Origin: an uncultured bacterium
Lineage (GTDB): Bacteria > Actinomycetota > Acidimicrobiia > Spongiisociales > UBA4744
Assembly (NCBI GenBank): GCA_963827865.1
Contig: CAWHCO010000001.1
Span: forward strand, 31,977 to 95,976
Direction: 5' to 3'
Length of the DNA: 64,000 nucleotides
The position numbers were made by a program, and so were the translations under genes. The notes beneath the pieces are model-generated. The model made no database searches, was not told the origin of the DNA, and worked only from the letters and a program-made list of their open reading frames with translations. This document shows positions 40,501 to 51,188 of the stretch, piece after piece (the stretch's first letter is position 1; every line of letters starts with the position of its first letter).

Positions 40501-41219
40501 CGTCGTTCCCTTCGAGTCACACCCCACTTGGTAACCAGCCACATGGCTTCGAGCACGATGGGGAGACCCATCTTCGATTTCCCCGCCCTTCGATCTCGGA
40601 ACATGATGGGAACCTCTTCTATGCGCATTCCTTCCTGCACTGCTCGCCAGGCCATCTCGACCTGGAAGGCGTACCCGGACGCGAGGCAGGTTTCGGGATG
40701 CAGACGCTTGAGCGCCTCCTTTCGAAACGCCCTGAATCCGGCAGTCGCGTCCTGCACGGGCACTCGAAGCATCAACTTCGCGTAGGTGTTGGCCCCCTTC
40801 GAGAGGATCCGGCGGTGAAGGGGCCAGTCGGGTGTGGAACCTCCTTCGACGTATCTACTGCCGATCGCGAGGTCCGCGCCACGATCCACCGCCTCGATGA
40901 GTAGCGGAAGCGCGGCCGGATCATGGGAGAAGTCGGCGTCCATTTCACACAGGATGGTCGAACCGCCGCCCATCGCTTCGTTGAACCCACGCGCATAGGC
41001 GCGTCCGAGGCCCTGCTTGGAGGCTCTGTGAACGACACCAACGAGTTCATGCCTGGAGGCGAGCGAATCGGCCAGCTCCCCGGTGCCATCGGGGGAGTCG
41101 TCGTCGACCACCAGGACGCGGTAGCCGTACCGGATCACGGCGGTCACGATCGAATCGAGGTTCTCCCGCTCGTTATACGTCGGTATGACAACGGTGACAG
41201 ACGAGGGATCAGTCCGCAC
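40497..41219 (-). CDS. ppm1: polyprenol monophosphomannose synthase (GT2)
   Basis: IPTYNERENL, DDDSPDGTG, MDADFSH, GYAFQVEM. Confidence 0.88.
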   Translation of the reverse strand: MRTDPSSVTVVIPTYNERENLDSIVTAVIRYGYRVLVVDDDSPDGTGELADSLASRHELVGVVHRASKQGLGRAYARGFNEAMGGGSTILCEMDADFSHDPAALPLLIEAVDRGADLAIGSRYVEGGSTPDWPLHRRILSKGANTYAKLMLRVPVQDATAGFRAFRKEALKRLHPETCLASGYAFQVEMAWRAVQEGMRIEEVPIMFRDRRAGKSKMGLPIVLEAMWLVTKWGVTRRERR

Positions 41220-41718
41220 AGTCTTTGCAGATTAGCTTCCGCTTGTTGGCGAGCTGGCTCGTACGCTTGACGAGGAAACACGACTGGCATACGAACTCGT
41301 CTCCTCGGACACTCTCGGCGTCGGTATCGAGTGTGAGCTCGGCTCGCCGAATGGCCCGGAGTTCCGCGGCCTCGTCGAGCAGTAGTGTCTCCGCCACCTC
41401 GTCGTCCAGGAGTTCGAGTTCTTCAGCTTCGAGTTCCTCCAGGGCCTCTTCGTTCTCTTCGGCGGCTACTTCATCCTCATCTTCATCGTTCCCCTCGTCG
41501 ACGCTGCCGGGGCTCGTGTCGTCGAGATCTTCATCGACATCGAGACCGAGATCGTCCAGGTCGAGGCCGCTTCCGTCGTCGTCTTCTTCGACTTTCCCTG
41601 CATCTTCGAACACGTCGACATCGTCGGAGTCCTCATCATCGAAATCCTCGAGGTCGTCCGGTGCGTCGACGTCCTCATCGAGCTCGTCGTCTACGTCGTC
41701 GAAGGTGTCGCGATCCAT
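41209..41718 (-). CDS. DUF4193-like protein with long D/E-rich N-terminus
   Basis: C-terminal EFVCQSCFLVKRTSQL...CKDC; TATACT -10 upstream. Confidence 0.8.
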   Translation of the reverse strand: MDRDTFDDVDDELDEDVDAPDDLEDFDDEDSDDVDVFEDAGKVEEDDDGSGLDLDDLGLDVDEDLDDTSPGSVDEGNDEDEDEVAAEENEEALEELEAEELELLDDEVAETLLLDEAAELRAIRRAELTLDTDAESVRGDEFVCQSCFLVKRTSQLANKRKLICKDCAD

Positions 41719-41821
41719 CTCGAGTTCCCTGTCTCCGGAGTCACCCTGCCCCTCCGCCGGAGGGGCGGCGAGAGTATACCCACTCCTGTCGATGTGTGGT
41801 GAAACGTTCGAAGGCGGCTTT

Positions 41822-42715
41822 CTACCGGTCGGGAATCTTGATCGAAAGCGCTGAACGAATAATGCTCCCTCGCATCGATCCCTCACCGAAGTACTCGCCG
41901 TCGGCCTCAACCGGCCAGCCATCCGCAACCTCCAGCGTGAAGGTCGCGGCGGTGAAGTGATGGATGTTCGGTTCGTCCACGTGAGCGCCCGACTTCGCGA
42001 GCCACCACAGGCGTGGGATGTCCCTCTTCGTGGCTTCGAACACCTGAATGTCGAACAATCCGTCCGATACCGACGCCTCTGGGGCGATATTCCATCCACC
42101 AGCGAAGTAGCGGGCATTCGCGAACACTGCGAGGAGCGAACTCCCTCGGAACTCGTTGTCACCCGCGCGAATCGTCATTGTGGCGAGCTGCACACTGGGG
42201 AAGACGAGTCCGAGAGCAACGTGGTACTTCACAGATCCCAGCCATCTCGGCAAGCCCAGTGAGCGACACAGCACGGCCGCTGTCAGGCCCGACTCCGCGC
42301 AGTTCACAAACCGTCTGGACCCCCACCGACCCTCCAGCACCCCCACGTCCACCGTAGCGGTGGCATCACCCAGCAGTGCCGCCACCGCATCCTCGATGTG
42401 CTGGGGGATCTCGAACGATCTGGCCAGGTCCGAGCCGGACCCTCCAGGGAGCAGTCCGAGCACGGGCGGCGTCGACCATGGGTGCTCGAGGAGTTGGTCG
42501 GCCACCAGGTTCGCAGTGCCGTCGCCGCCGACCGCCACGAAGCGCGTTCGCCCTTCGTCGACGCCGGCATCCACTGCTGCTCGCATCGCTGACGGTGTCG
42601 TGGGCACACGAACATCCGCGTCGACTCCGTACGCGGCGAGTGCCTCTCGTGTCCGTCGGGCGGCGTGTCGTCCCCTGCCGGCAAGTGGGTTGACGAGGAC
42701 GAGCCACTCACTCAT
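41822..42715 (-). CDS. diacylglycerol/lipid kinase family protein
   Basis: NPLAG, GGDGT, LPGGSGSDLAR, EADGE. Confidence 0.9.
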   Translation of the reverse strand: MSEWLVLVNPLAGRGRHAARRTREALAAYGVDADVRVPTTPSAMRAAVDAGVDEGRTRFVAVGGDGTANLVADQLLEHPWSTPPVLGLLPGGSGSDLARSFEIPQHIEDAVAALLGDATATVDVGVLEGRWGSRRFVNCAESGLTAAVLCRSLGLPRWLGSVKYHVALGLVFPSVQLATMTIRAGDNEFRGSSLLAVFANARYFAGGWNIAPEASVSDGLFDIQVFEATKRDIPRLWWLAKSGAHVDEPNIHHFTAATFTLEVADGWPVEADGEYFGEGSMRGSIIRSALSIKIPDR

Positions 42716-45113
42716 GTTCGAAGCTCGGGGCCGCCACCACGCCGCGATCAATCGCCTTGATCGCTTCAACCATCGGGCTTCTGAGCCGAGGGATCGCGTC
42801 ACGTACCTGGCGCAGGACGTCGAGCAACTGGCGCGAAGTTCGCACGAAGTCGCCCGCATCGGTCACGTCGGGCAGCTCGTCGAGGTCGACGCCCGAGGCC
42901 CATTGGTAGGCGGTATCCATGAAGCCCCTCCCCGGAGGGCGTGTTCGCGGCAGGCGCAGGGACTGCTCCTGGTCCGCGAGCCCTTCCCACAACGACTCCA
43001 GCTGCCGCCCTTGCTGCGCGAGGCCGGGCGTAGGCCACGCCTGAACGGTGGTCTCGGCCCGGCGGGCCTCGTACACCGTCATCGAGATCAGGGACACCAT
43101 CTCGGCCGGTTCGAGAGCGTCCAGCAGTCCGTTTCGAATCACTTCGCAGAGCAACAAGTCCGTGTCCGAGTAGATCGATCTGAGCCGTTCGCCCTGCTCG
43201 GTCAGCAGCCATCCCTCCACATAGCCCAACACATCCAGTAGCGCGAGGATTCGATTCAGTTCGTCGATGAGACCCCCGCTCGTCCTCTCGAGTTCTGCGT
43301 GAAGGCGGTCGACCCTCCGCTGAAGCTTCGCCAGCCTCCGGTGTGCAGCGACATGCGCCTCACGATCGGGGCACGAGGCGACGGGGTGCCGCGTCAGGCC
43401 CACAGCGATCCGTCGACCCACGTGTCTCCTGTACGATGCGTCCGCTGTCATCCTGCGGGCATCCTCGATAGCCATCCACCCGACCTTCTGCGCATTGCGA
43501 TAGACGCGTGGAATCAACGTCGACAGCCTTCCATCCTCCGTCACCATCACCAGTTCGACTCGTTTCCCGTGCCGACGTTTCACGACGATGCCACGACCCT
43601 CAGCAGTTTCTAGGATGTCACCCACGTCGAAGGACGTCGGCTGCTGTATCTGTTCGACATACTCACCGACATCACCCCGCTCGCATGTCGCCCCGGTGCG
43701 AAGCTCCTCGAGTTCCTGCTCCTGACGTTTGAGCAGCCGCCGTTTGGACGCGATCCCCTTCGCCGCGAGGAACTGACCGAAGGACGCTCCGAGGAGCCGC
43801 TCTGCGCGTTCACGCGGGTAGTTCGCAATGAGATTGACGGCCATGTTGTACGAGGGACGGAAGCTCGACGAGAGCGCGTGTGATCCGGTGCGAGCGAGTT
43901 CGGCGACTCTGACGAATGGTATGTACCGCGAATGCAACACCACGCCGTATCCGACCTCGTCGATTCCCCTCCTCCCCGCGCGCCCTGTCAACTGCGTGTA
44001 GTCACCGGGCCGGAGCAACTCGTGGGTCTCTCCGGTGAACCTGCTCAGGCTTTCGAGAACGACGGTGCGGGCGGGCATGTTGATCCCAAGTGACAACGTC
44101 TCGGTGGCGAACACCACTTTCACGAGTCCCCGTGTGAACAGGGCTTCGACCGTCTCTTTGAACGCCGGAATCATCCCGGCGTGATGTGGCGCGATCCCCG
44201 CTTCGAGGCCAAACAGCCACTGGTCGTAGCCGAGCACGACGAGGTCTCGGGCATCGAGATGCGCCGTCTGACGCTCGGCGGCGGTTCGTATCTCTTCGAT
44301 CTCCGTCGGGCTCGTGAAGCGCGCCCCCGCCTCGACGAGTCTGCGGGCGGCGTCGTCGCAGCCTGCTCTCGAGAAGATGAAGTAGATGACGGGCAGCATC
44401 CCCTTGGCGGCCAACGTCGCCACGGTTTCGTTCCGCCTCGGTGTCGCGTAGCGTCTCGCCTTCCTACCACTGATTCGAGACTCGATGGCTCGGTTGACCG
44501 CCTGCTCGGCGAACATGTGCTCCAGTAGTACCTCATCGTCCCAGCGGTCCTTCAGGGCGTACAGGTTCACGAGAGGTACCGGTCGGCGATCCTCTTGGAT
44601 GAGTCTCGTGGGACCTCTCCGACTCCGCACCCATGCGGCAAGTTCGCCGGCGTTGGATACGGTCGCGGAGAGGCAGACCAATTGCACGTCCGTCGGCGCA
44701 TGGACGATGATCTCCTCCCACACCCCTCCCCTGGACGGATCCTGGAGGTAGTGCACCTCGTCGAGGACCACGACCTCGAGGCCATCCAACGCGGGCGAAC
44801 TCGCATAGATCATGTTCCTCAACACCTCTGTCGTCATCACGACGAGCGGCGCGTCGCCGTTGATCGTGTTGTCGCCCGTGAGCAACCCCACGTCTGTGTA
44901 GATGCGTCCGAAATCGTTGAACTTCTGGTTGGAGAGTGCCTTCAGTGGTGTGGTGTAGAACGCCTTCTTGCCGCGTCCGAGTGCTCCCTGGATCGCGAAC
45001 TCGGCAACGAGGGTCTTGCCCGAACCTGTCGGGGCGGTCACGACGATCGATTCGCCCGACGCAATGGCGTCAGCCCCTTCTCGCTGGAACGGATCCAGCT
45101 CGAACCCGATCAT
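42708..45113 (-). CDS. helY: Ski2-like DEAD/DEAH helicase HelY
   Basis: APTGSGKT, DEVH, SAT, GINMPA, GRAGRRG; downstream of tatC. Confidence 0.93.
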   Translation of the reverse strand: MIGFELDPFQREGADAIASGESIVVTAPTGSGKTLVAEFAIQGALGRGKKAFYTTPLKALSNQKFNDFGRIYTDVGLLTGDNTINGDAPLVVMTTEVLRNMIYASSPALDGLEVVVLDEVHYLQDPSRGGVWEEIIVHAPTDVQLVCLSATVSNAGELAAWVRSRRGPTRLIQEDRRPVPLVNLYALKDRWDDEVLLEHMFAEQAVNRAIESRISGRKARRYATPRRNETVATLAAKGMLPVIYFIFSRAGCDDAARRLVEAGARFTSPTEIEEIRTAAERQTAHLDARDLVVLGYDQWLFGLEAGIAPHHAGMIPAFKETVEALFTRGLVKVVFATETLSLGINMPARTVVLESLSRFTGETHELLRPGDYTQLTGRAGRRGIDEVGYGVVLHSRYIPFVRVAELARTGSHALSSSFRPSYNMAVNLIANYPRERAERLLGASFGQFLAAKGIASKRRLLKRQEQELEELRTGATCERGDVGEYVEQIQQPTSFDVGDILETAEGRGIVVKRRHGKRVELVMVTEDGRLSTLIPRVYRNAQKVGWMAIEDARRMTADASYRRHVGRRIAVGLTRHPVASCPDREAHVAAHRRLAKLQRRVDRLHAELERTSGGLIDELNRILALLDVLGYVEGWLLTEQGERLRSIYSDTDLLLCEVIRNGLLDALEPAEMVSLISMTVYEARRAETTVQAWPTPGLAQQGRQLESLWEGLADQEQSLRLPRTRPPGRGFMDTAYQWASGVDLDELPDVTDAGDFVRTSRQLLDVLRQVRDAIPRLRSPMVEAIKAIDRGVVAAPSFEHE

Positions 45114-45823
45114 TTGTGGAGGGTGAGTTTGACGAGCCAGATGGTCGCCTCATACAGCAGGTAGAGGGGAACCGAAAGAGCAGTGAGCGTCAGGGGATCA
45201 CCCGTCGGGGTCACGACGGCGCCAACGATGACGATGATGAGAACGGCCCATCGTCGTCCCTGCCCGAGTTTCCGTGATGAGACCAGGCCCGCGGCTGCTG
45301 CAGCGAAGATGAACACGGGGAACTCGAAAGCAACGCCGAACACCAGCAGGAATCGCAATGCGAGACCGAAGTAGTCCGATGCGCCGATCACCGCGTTGAG
45401 TCCCGGCTGGATTCCGAGGAGGAACACCAACCCTCTCGGGAGGATGTAGTAGCCGAACGCCACGCCGGAAGAGAAGAGCACAGCGAGAGCCGTGACGACG
45501 GGAACCGTCCACTTGCGTTCCCGTTTGGTGAGAGCAGGGTTGATGAAGGCCCACAGCTGGTAGAAGAGCACTGGACTTGCGAGAAAGAGACCCCCGAACA
45601 TCGAGAGTCGCATCGCGACCGAGAACCCCTCCGTCACCTCGAACTGGTTCAGATCCTGTCCGGGTAGCGCAAGGCGATAGGGCCGGGCAAGGACGTCGAA
45701 AATCCATTCACGGGCGATGAATGCGACGATCGCGCCGATCGCGATCGCGATCGCGCTCTTCACGAACCTCCACCGGAGTTCCTCGAGATGCTCGATGACC
45801 GAACGCGGCGTGTCCTCACTCAT
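45110..45823 (-). CDS. tatC: twin-arginine translocase TatC
   Basis: EHLEELR, YQLWAFINPAL, FEFP, TPTGDP, LYE. Confidence 0.96.
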   Translation of the reverse strand: MSEDTPRSVIEHLEELRWRFVKSAIAIAIGAIVAFIAREWIFDVLARPYRLALPGQDLNQFEVTEGFSVAMRLSMFGGLFLASPVLFYQLWAFINPALTKRERKWTVPVVTALAVLFSSGVAFGYYILPRGLVFLLGIQPGLNAVIGASDYFGLALRFLLVFGVAFEFPVFIFAAAAAGLVSSRKLGQGRRWAVLIIVIVGAVVTPTGDPLTLTALSVPLYLLYEATIWLVKLTLHK

Positions 45824-46100
45824 CTTCGGGAGATTTGTCCTTCGGTTTGGAGGGCTCCTCGGAATCCGTATCTGGTGTGGCCTTGAGTTCTCTCAGCGGC
45901 TTCGCAGCCTCTTTGATGGGATCCGTCAGTTCCCGGACTTCCTTCTCGAGTCCACGCTGCAGATCCCCGGCGGCGCCCTGGATGTCGCGCACGATCGACG
46001 AGAGTTTCCTGGCCATTTCGGGCAATCGTTTCGGCCCGAACACGATCAATGCTACGAGGAGGATGACGATCAGTTCGGAGGGGCTGACATCGAAGAGCAC
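45816..46100 (-). CDS. tatA: twin-arginine translocase TatA/TatB subunit
   Basis: ELIVILLVALIVFGPKRLPE. Confidence 0.85.
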   Translation of the reverse strand: MLFDVSPSELIVILLVALIVFGPKRLPEMARKLSSIVRDIQGAAGDLQRGLEKEVRELTDPIKEAAKPLRELKATPDTDSEEPSKPKDKSPEDE

Positions 46101-46138
46101 GAGGCTCTCATGTTAGGGATGGGACCGCCCAAGCGTCG

Positions 46139-46432
46139 CTAGGCGAGCATCCGCCAGAACTCTTCTTCACGGTCGAGAGCTTCGACGAATCGGAAGATCT
46201 CCTCTTCGGTGATCGGTCCGGGCTCCGGCACGACCACGTCGTAGCTGACGCCGGTTGCGAGGAGAACGTTGACAACCCGGTTGTTTGCCGGGCGACGCTG
46301 CAAGTCACCACACTCAGGGCACACAAACAGATAGCTGCCCTGATCGCCCGTGGGATCCAGCTCGAGTGCGAGATCGTCGGGGTGCAGCTCGATGTCGCCG
46401 CAGTATTGACAGGTTGTCTTGATAGTGGTCAT
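46139..46432 (-). CDS. hypothetical zinc-ribbon protein
   Basis: CQYC...CPEC; GGAG SD. Confidence 0.75.
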   Translation of the reverse strand: MTTIKTTCQYCGDIELHPDDLALELDPTGDQGSYLFVCPECGDLQRRPANNRVVNVLLATGVSYDVVVPEPGPITEEEIFRFVEALDREEEFWRMLA

Positions 46433-46462
46433 TCGGCGCTCCGCTCACCTTTCATGACACGT

Positions 46463-46490
46463 ATATCGGCTTTGTCGGCGGCGCCCTGTA
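46463..46490 (-). promoter_or_regulatory. putative sigma-28/WhiG-type promoter
   Basis: TACA-N16-GCCGATAT on minus strand. Confidence 0.4.
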
Positions 46491-46508
46491 GTGACTAATG
46501 GGAAATGG

Positions 46509-47425
46509 TCACACGTATCTGGTGAGGATGCGCCGACGGAGTGAGGCGGTCGCCGCGGCGACCTCGGAGCCGGCTAGAAGCACAGCGTCATCTCCGAGTC
46601 GAACCAGCAGCCTGGCAGCGACGCCGGCATCCGATGTCGAGAAGCGAACGGTGAGAGGATCAGTGTCCAGAACCTCGACCGGGTAGTAGTCGGAGACCCA
46701 TGCCGCGCGCGGTTCGAGGCGTATCGTCGCGTGCACATCGTCCTCGGACGGTGTGTATCGGACCACGGGTGCGGGAGGGTCCGGGTTGGGGGTGAAGTGC
46801 TCCCCCGTCGCCTCCACAGAGCGAATCCGATCCATGCGAAACACGCGCTCTGCCTGTGCCATCCTGCAGTAGGCGGAGACGTACCAGTTGCCCAATGTCG
46901 TGAAGACCGACCAGGGCTCGATCAGCCTCCGGGTGGTCTCCCCCTTCCCGAGGGATGTGTAGGTGAGGTCGATGACCCGACCTCCTGCCGCAGCTTCACG
47001 CAAAGTCGTAACAGTCGCGCTCTCGCTGTCGATCTCGATTGCGATTGTCTCGTCCGCCTCGATGCCGAGTGCCCGAGTGAGTTTTTCCACCGCACTCCGC
47101 AGCGCGGGCGGCGCCTGATCGGTCGCCATGAGGGTCTCTGCGGCGGCGAGCAGGGCGAGCGCTTCGGACATGCTCAGCCGCAATCGCGCGAGAAGTAGTC
47201 GGCCATGTCGATGACGACCTCGTCGTCCTCGATATATGCCACCATCAGGTCGCCGGGCCCATACCCTGGCAGTCCGCACACGAACACCAAGTTGAGGTCG
47301 GCGATCAGTTCGTCCCTCGTGTAGCCGAACCGTTCACACACGTCTCTCACGGTGGCGCCCGGATGCGCGATCACCCATGGGACCATCGAAAGGATCCGCG
47401 TGAGGCGCTGGGCCGTCCTACTCAC
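46509..47425 (-). pseudogene. pafC: WYL-domain regulator PafC, frameshifted near 47184 (real or sequence error)
   Basis: N-terminus ...CGLPGYGPGDL...ADYFSR in one frame, LRLSMSEALALL...WYVSAYC...FRMDRI in another; GTGA overlap with pafB. Confidence 0.88.
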
Positions 47426-48330
47426 TGTCGCACCCGCTCGATGAGCGCTATCCGGAGTTCTTCTGGCTCCACGATCTCGGCTTTGTCTTCGAAGCTCAAC
47501 AACCATCCGATGAACGCGTCGGGGTTGGCAACGGAGACGGTGGCTTCGAGGGAGCCATCGTCCAGCTCGATGACTTCGCCGGTGAGCTGACGCCTGGCCC
47601 ACCATGCCGCGTCGGGGTCGAACACCACTTTGGCGACGATGTCCTGCTCTCCGATCGCCCACGGTTCGACCGGCACGGCGTCTCGCAGGCGGAATCCCCT
47701 TGGTCGAGTGAACGCTTCGGCCTGCCCACCGAGGATCAACCGCTTGGCTTTGTCGATCCTGAAGGATCGCTGCACGCCCCCTTCAAAGGCAACCAGGTAC
47801 CAATGCCCCCGTTGGTGGAGGATGCCCATTGGCTGTACCGTTCGAGCGCGACCGTGGTAGTCGAACGACAGGTCTCTCCGTTCGGTTGCAGCGTGAAACG
47901 CAGTCTCCAGATCACCGGTCTCCAATCCGAGATCGGCAGCGAGTGGCTCGCCTCCCCCGGCCATTGTCAAACCTCCCAGCTTGAGCAGCGCGTCCGGTCC
48001 GGCAGGTTGACCCCCGAGCCGTACGACCTGGGCAGCGAGCCACAACGCCGCCCGTTCCTCGTCGTTGAGATCTGGGTCCGGCAGCTCATACTCGTCTGGC
48101 TGCAACGCGTAGCCGAATTCGACCTCCCAGGCATCGGTCGCTTTCAGCTCGAGCGGTATGCCCATCCGTCGAAGTAGCGCCTTGTCGCGCTCGAACATCC
48201 TGTGGAACGCCTCATCGGACTCTCTTGCGTACCCGGCGACCGTCATGCGGATCTCCTCCGCGGTGACAGGGCGGTTCGCGGTGAGCAGGAAGGCGAGCAG
48301 ATTGAGGAGCCGTTCAATGACGCGTCGCAT
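47422..48330 (-). CDS. pafB: WYL-domain regulator PafB
   Basis: ERLLNLL, RMFERDK..LR.MGIP, WYL, FRID. Confidence 0.92.
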   Translation of the reverse strand: MRRVIERLLNLLAFLLTANRPVTAEEIRMTVAGYARESDEAFHRMFERDKALLRRMGIPLELKATDAWEVEFGYALQPDEYELPDPDLNDEERAALWLAAQVVRLGGQPAGPDALLKLGGLTMAGGGEPLAADLGLETGDLETAFHAATERRDLSFDYHGRARTVQPMGILHQRGHWYLVAFEGGVQRSFRIDKAKRLILGGQAEAFTRPRGFRLRDAVPVEPWAIGEQDIVAKVVFDPDAAWWARRQLTGEVIELDDGSLEATVSVANPDAFIGWLLSFEDKAEIVEPEELRIALIERVRQ

Positions 48331-48376
48331 GCCCTGGCAACTGTAGGGGTACACCGACCCCCTTTGAAGCACCCCG

Positions 48377-49732
48377 TCAGAGGCCCTCGATCAGCCTTTC
48401 CACTCGTCTGTCGGTGTGCACGAACGGGTCCTTGCAGAGGATGGTGCGTTTCGCCTGGTCGTTGAGTTTCAAGTGCACCCAGTCGACGGTGAAGTCACGT
48501 CCGGCGGCCTTCGCAGCCTTTATGAAACTCCCGCGCAGTTTCGCCCGAGTGGTCTCCGGAGGTTCCAGTCGGGATCGTTCGATCGCTTCGTCGGTGACTG
48601 CTCGACGCATACGCCCCGTACGCACCAGGAGGTGATAGAGACCTCGGTCAGGGTCGATGTCGTGGTAGGCGAGATCCATCATCGCGAGCTTCGGATCCGA
48701 CAGCGACAGATCGTGGCGACTTCGGTAGGCCTCGATCAGCTGCCACTTCGCGACCCAGTCGACTTGATCGGCCAGAGACATCGGATCCTGTTCGATGCCG
48801 ACCAGCATCTGCTCCCAGAAGCGAATGGCCGTTTCGATCGACGGGGAGAATCCACGGAGGCGGGCGTAGCGGGACACCTCGTCGAGGTACTCCCATTGGA
48901 TGTCGAGTGCAGACAGCTCGCGTCCGTTGGCCAGCCGCACCCGCCGTCTACAGGTTGGGTCCGTGCTGATTTCTCTGATCGCCCTGATCGGGTTCTCGAG
49001 GTCCAGTGCCCTGAAGCTCTTGCCGTCTTCGAGCATCTGAAGAAGCGCACCCACCACGCCGACCTTCGCGTAGGTAACCCGCTCTGACATGTTCGAGTCG
49101 CCTGCGATCACGTGAAGTCGCCGAAACATGGCCGCATCCGCGTGGGGTTCGTCCCGCGTGTTGACGATCGGCCGGCTGCGTGTGGTCGCCGACGACACCC
49201 CTTCCCAAACGTGCTCGGCGCGCTGCGAGATCGTGAAACGAACCCCCCGCGCAGTGCGAAGCAGCTTCCCGGCACCTGCGTAGATCTGTCGTGTCACGAG
49301 AAACGGAAGGAGTGCATCAATCGTCGCAGCGAAGTTCGCTTCCCGTCTCACGAGATAGTTCTCGTGACAGCCATAGGAGTTGCCTGCCGAATCGGTGTTG
49401 TTCTTGAACAAGAAGATCTGGCCGCTGATCCCCTCTTCTCCGAGCCGTGTTTGGGCTTCGCCGACAAGCTCGTGGAGGACTCGCTCCCCCGCCTTGTCGG
49501 CTGCGACCAGGTCACCGATGGTGTCGCACTCGGGTGTCGCATACTCGGGATGGCTTCCGACGTCGAGGTAGAGCCGGGCGCCGTTCTCTAGGAAGACGTT
49601 GGAGGATCTGCCCCAGCTCACCACTCTGCGGAACAGGTAGCGGGCGGCCTCATCCGGGCTCAGCCTCCGCTGTCCTCTGAGAGTGCACGTGACTCCGTAT
49701 TCGGTCTCTAGCCCGTAGATGCGGCGCTGCAT
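48377..49732 (-). CDS. pafA: Pup-protein ligase
   Basis: [41 protein letters not shown]. Confidence 0.97.
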   Translation of the reverse strand: MQRRIYGLETEYGVTCTLRGQRRLSPDEAARYLFRRVVSWGRSSNVFLENGARLYLDVGSHPEYATPECDTIGDLVAADKAGERVLHELVGEAQTRLGEEGISGQIFLFKNNTDSAGNSYGCHENYLVRREANFAATIDALLPFLVTRQIYAGAGKLLRTARGVRFTISQRAEHVWEGVSSATTRSRPIVNTRDEPHADAAMFRRLHVIAGDSNMSERVTYAKVGVVGALLQMLEDGKSFRALDLENPIRAIREISTDPTCRRRVRLANGRELSALDIQWEYLDEVSRYARLRGFSPSIETAIRFWEQMLVGIEQDPMSLADQVDWVAKWQLIEAYRSRHDLSLSDPKLAMMDLAYHDIDPDRGLYHLLVRTGRMRRAVTDEAIERSRLEPPETTRAKLRGSFIKAAKAAGRDFTVDWVHLKLNDQAKRTILCKDPFVHTDRRVERLIEGL

Positions 49733-49755
49733 CGACTCAGCGTACGCCGACCCGT

Positions 49756-50430
49756 TCAGGAGAGCGCGCTGGCGACGTCAGTATCCGAGAGTCGCCGAAA
49801 CACTCGGCGGCGCTCCGTGCCCTCTAACACCGCGGCCTCCCAGCCGTCGACGTCCCGGTCCAGGACTTGACCAAAGACTTCGGCGACCCGGCGCACGGTC
49901 TTCGCCAGCGGCTTCGGAGTGAACGATGCCCCACGCAACAACTCATCGAGGGCTTCGGATTGCCCGCCGATCGCGCAGACGTACCGTTCGTCGGAGAGAG
50001 TCCCGTCATAGGTGACGCGGTAGAGGTGGTTCTGGTCACCGTTGATGCCGAGTTCGGCAACGAGGATCTCTACCTCATACGGTTTCACTTCATGGGTGAA
50101 GATGTTGCCGAGCGTCTGGGAGAACGCGTTGGCCAGGGTCTTCGCTTTCACGTCGGATCTGCTGTAGAGGTAGCCTCGAAGGTCGGCGTGCCGCGTGCCG
50201 GCAACCCGGAGGCTCTCGAACTCGTTGAATTTGCCGACTCCGGCGAAGGCGACCCTGTCGTAGATCTCGCTGATCTTGTGCAGCGTGTCGCTGGGGTTCT
50301 CCGCGAGGATCAGGATTCCCTGGTCGTATTCCATCGCGACGATAGAGCGGCCACGCGCGATTCCTTTGCGAGCGAACTCGGCGCGATCCTTGACGAGCTG
50401 CTCAGGTGGAACGTAGAACGGGATACTCAT
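49756..50430 (-). CDS. prcA: 20S proteasome alpha subunit
   Basis: [26 protein letters not shown]. Confidence 0.97.
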   Translation of the reverse strand: MSIPFYVPPEQLVKDRAEFARKGIARGRSIVAMEYDQGILILAENPSDTLHKISEIYDRVAFAGVGKFNEFESLRVAGTRHADLRGYLYSRSDVKAKTLANAFSQTLGNIFTHEVKPYEVEILVAELGINGDQNHLYRVTYDGTLSDERYVCAIGGQSEALDELLRGASFTPKPLAKTVRRVAEVFGQVLDRDVDGWEAAVLEGTERRRVFRRLSDTDVASALS

Positions 50431-51188
50431 CGGATGGTCTCCAGCGCCGCCGACGCGAGATCGCTCACGCGCTCCTCGTCGACTTCCTCGAACCCGCGCT
50501 CGGTAACGGTCACCACATTCGGCAGGATTCCCCGCGCCAGGTCCGGTCCGCCCGTTGCCGTATCGATCTGTGCGGCGGCGACAAGTGCCCGTACCGCGAC
50601 GTCCAGCGCCGCACCCTCGTCGAGATCGGGTTCATACGCCGAGCGCAGGTAAGCCTTCGCGTCCCTTGAACCCGAACCGGTCGCACCGTGCTCGCGTTCC
50701 TCGTACCGGCCTCCCACGACATCGAATGTGTAGAGCCGGCCGAGCTTCGCGCTCTCGTCGTAGCCGGCGAACAGAGGAACCACGATGAGGCCTTGGAACA
50801 CGAGTGGAAGCTGCTGTCGAACCATTCGGCCGAGATAGGTGGCTTTGCCGTCGAGGCTGAGCCTCACGCCTTCGAGCTTCTCATAGTGCTCGAGTTCCGT
50901 TTGGAAGAGACGAACGAGATCGACGGCGACGCCCGCCGTTCCCGAGATGGCCACAGCCGAGAATCGGTCGGCCTCGAACACCTTACGGATAGTTCTGTGC
51001 GCTACGAGGTGTCCCTCTGTGGCCTGTCGATCGCCCACCATCACGACACCATCGGCAAACCTCAGTGCCAGGACGGTGGTCGCGATCGGAACCTCCAGTG
51101 ATCCTCTACCTCCGGGGAGGTCCCACTTGGGTTCCAGGCCGAGCGATTCGAGAAGGTCGGTGAAGCTCGAGGTCGGACGGTCGATCAC
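50427..51188 (-). CDS. prcB: 20S proteasome beta subunit
   Basis: SSFTDLL propeptide, TTVLAL, GDRQAT, ELEHYEKLEG, GSGS. Confidence 0.96.
   Translation of the reverse strand: MIDRPTSSFTDLLESLGLEPKWDLPGGRGSLEVPIATTVLALRFADGVVMVGDRQATEGHLVAHRTIRKVFEADRFSAVAISGTAGVAVDLVRLFQTELEHYEKLEGVRLSLDGKATYLGRMVRQQLPLVFQGLIVVPLFAGYDESAKLGRLYTFDVVGGRYEEREHGATGSGSRDAKAYLRSAYEPDLDEGAALDVAVRALVAAAQIDTATGGPDLARGILPNVVTVTERGFEEVDEERVSDLASAALETIR

Noticed and set aside
46473-46494. PafBC-type promoter (TGTCGG-N10-TAnnnT)
   Set aside because: The hexamer is TAGTGA (last T missing) and points antisense into pafC
47174-47200. Programmed ribosomal frameshift in pafC
   Set aside because: No slippery heptamer or homopolymer at the junction; mutation or sequence error is simpler
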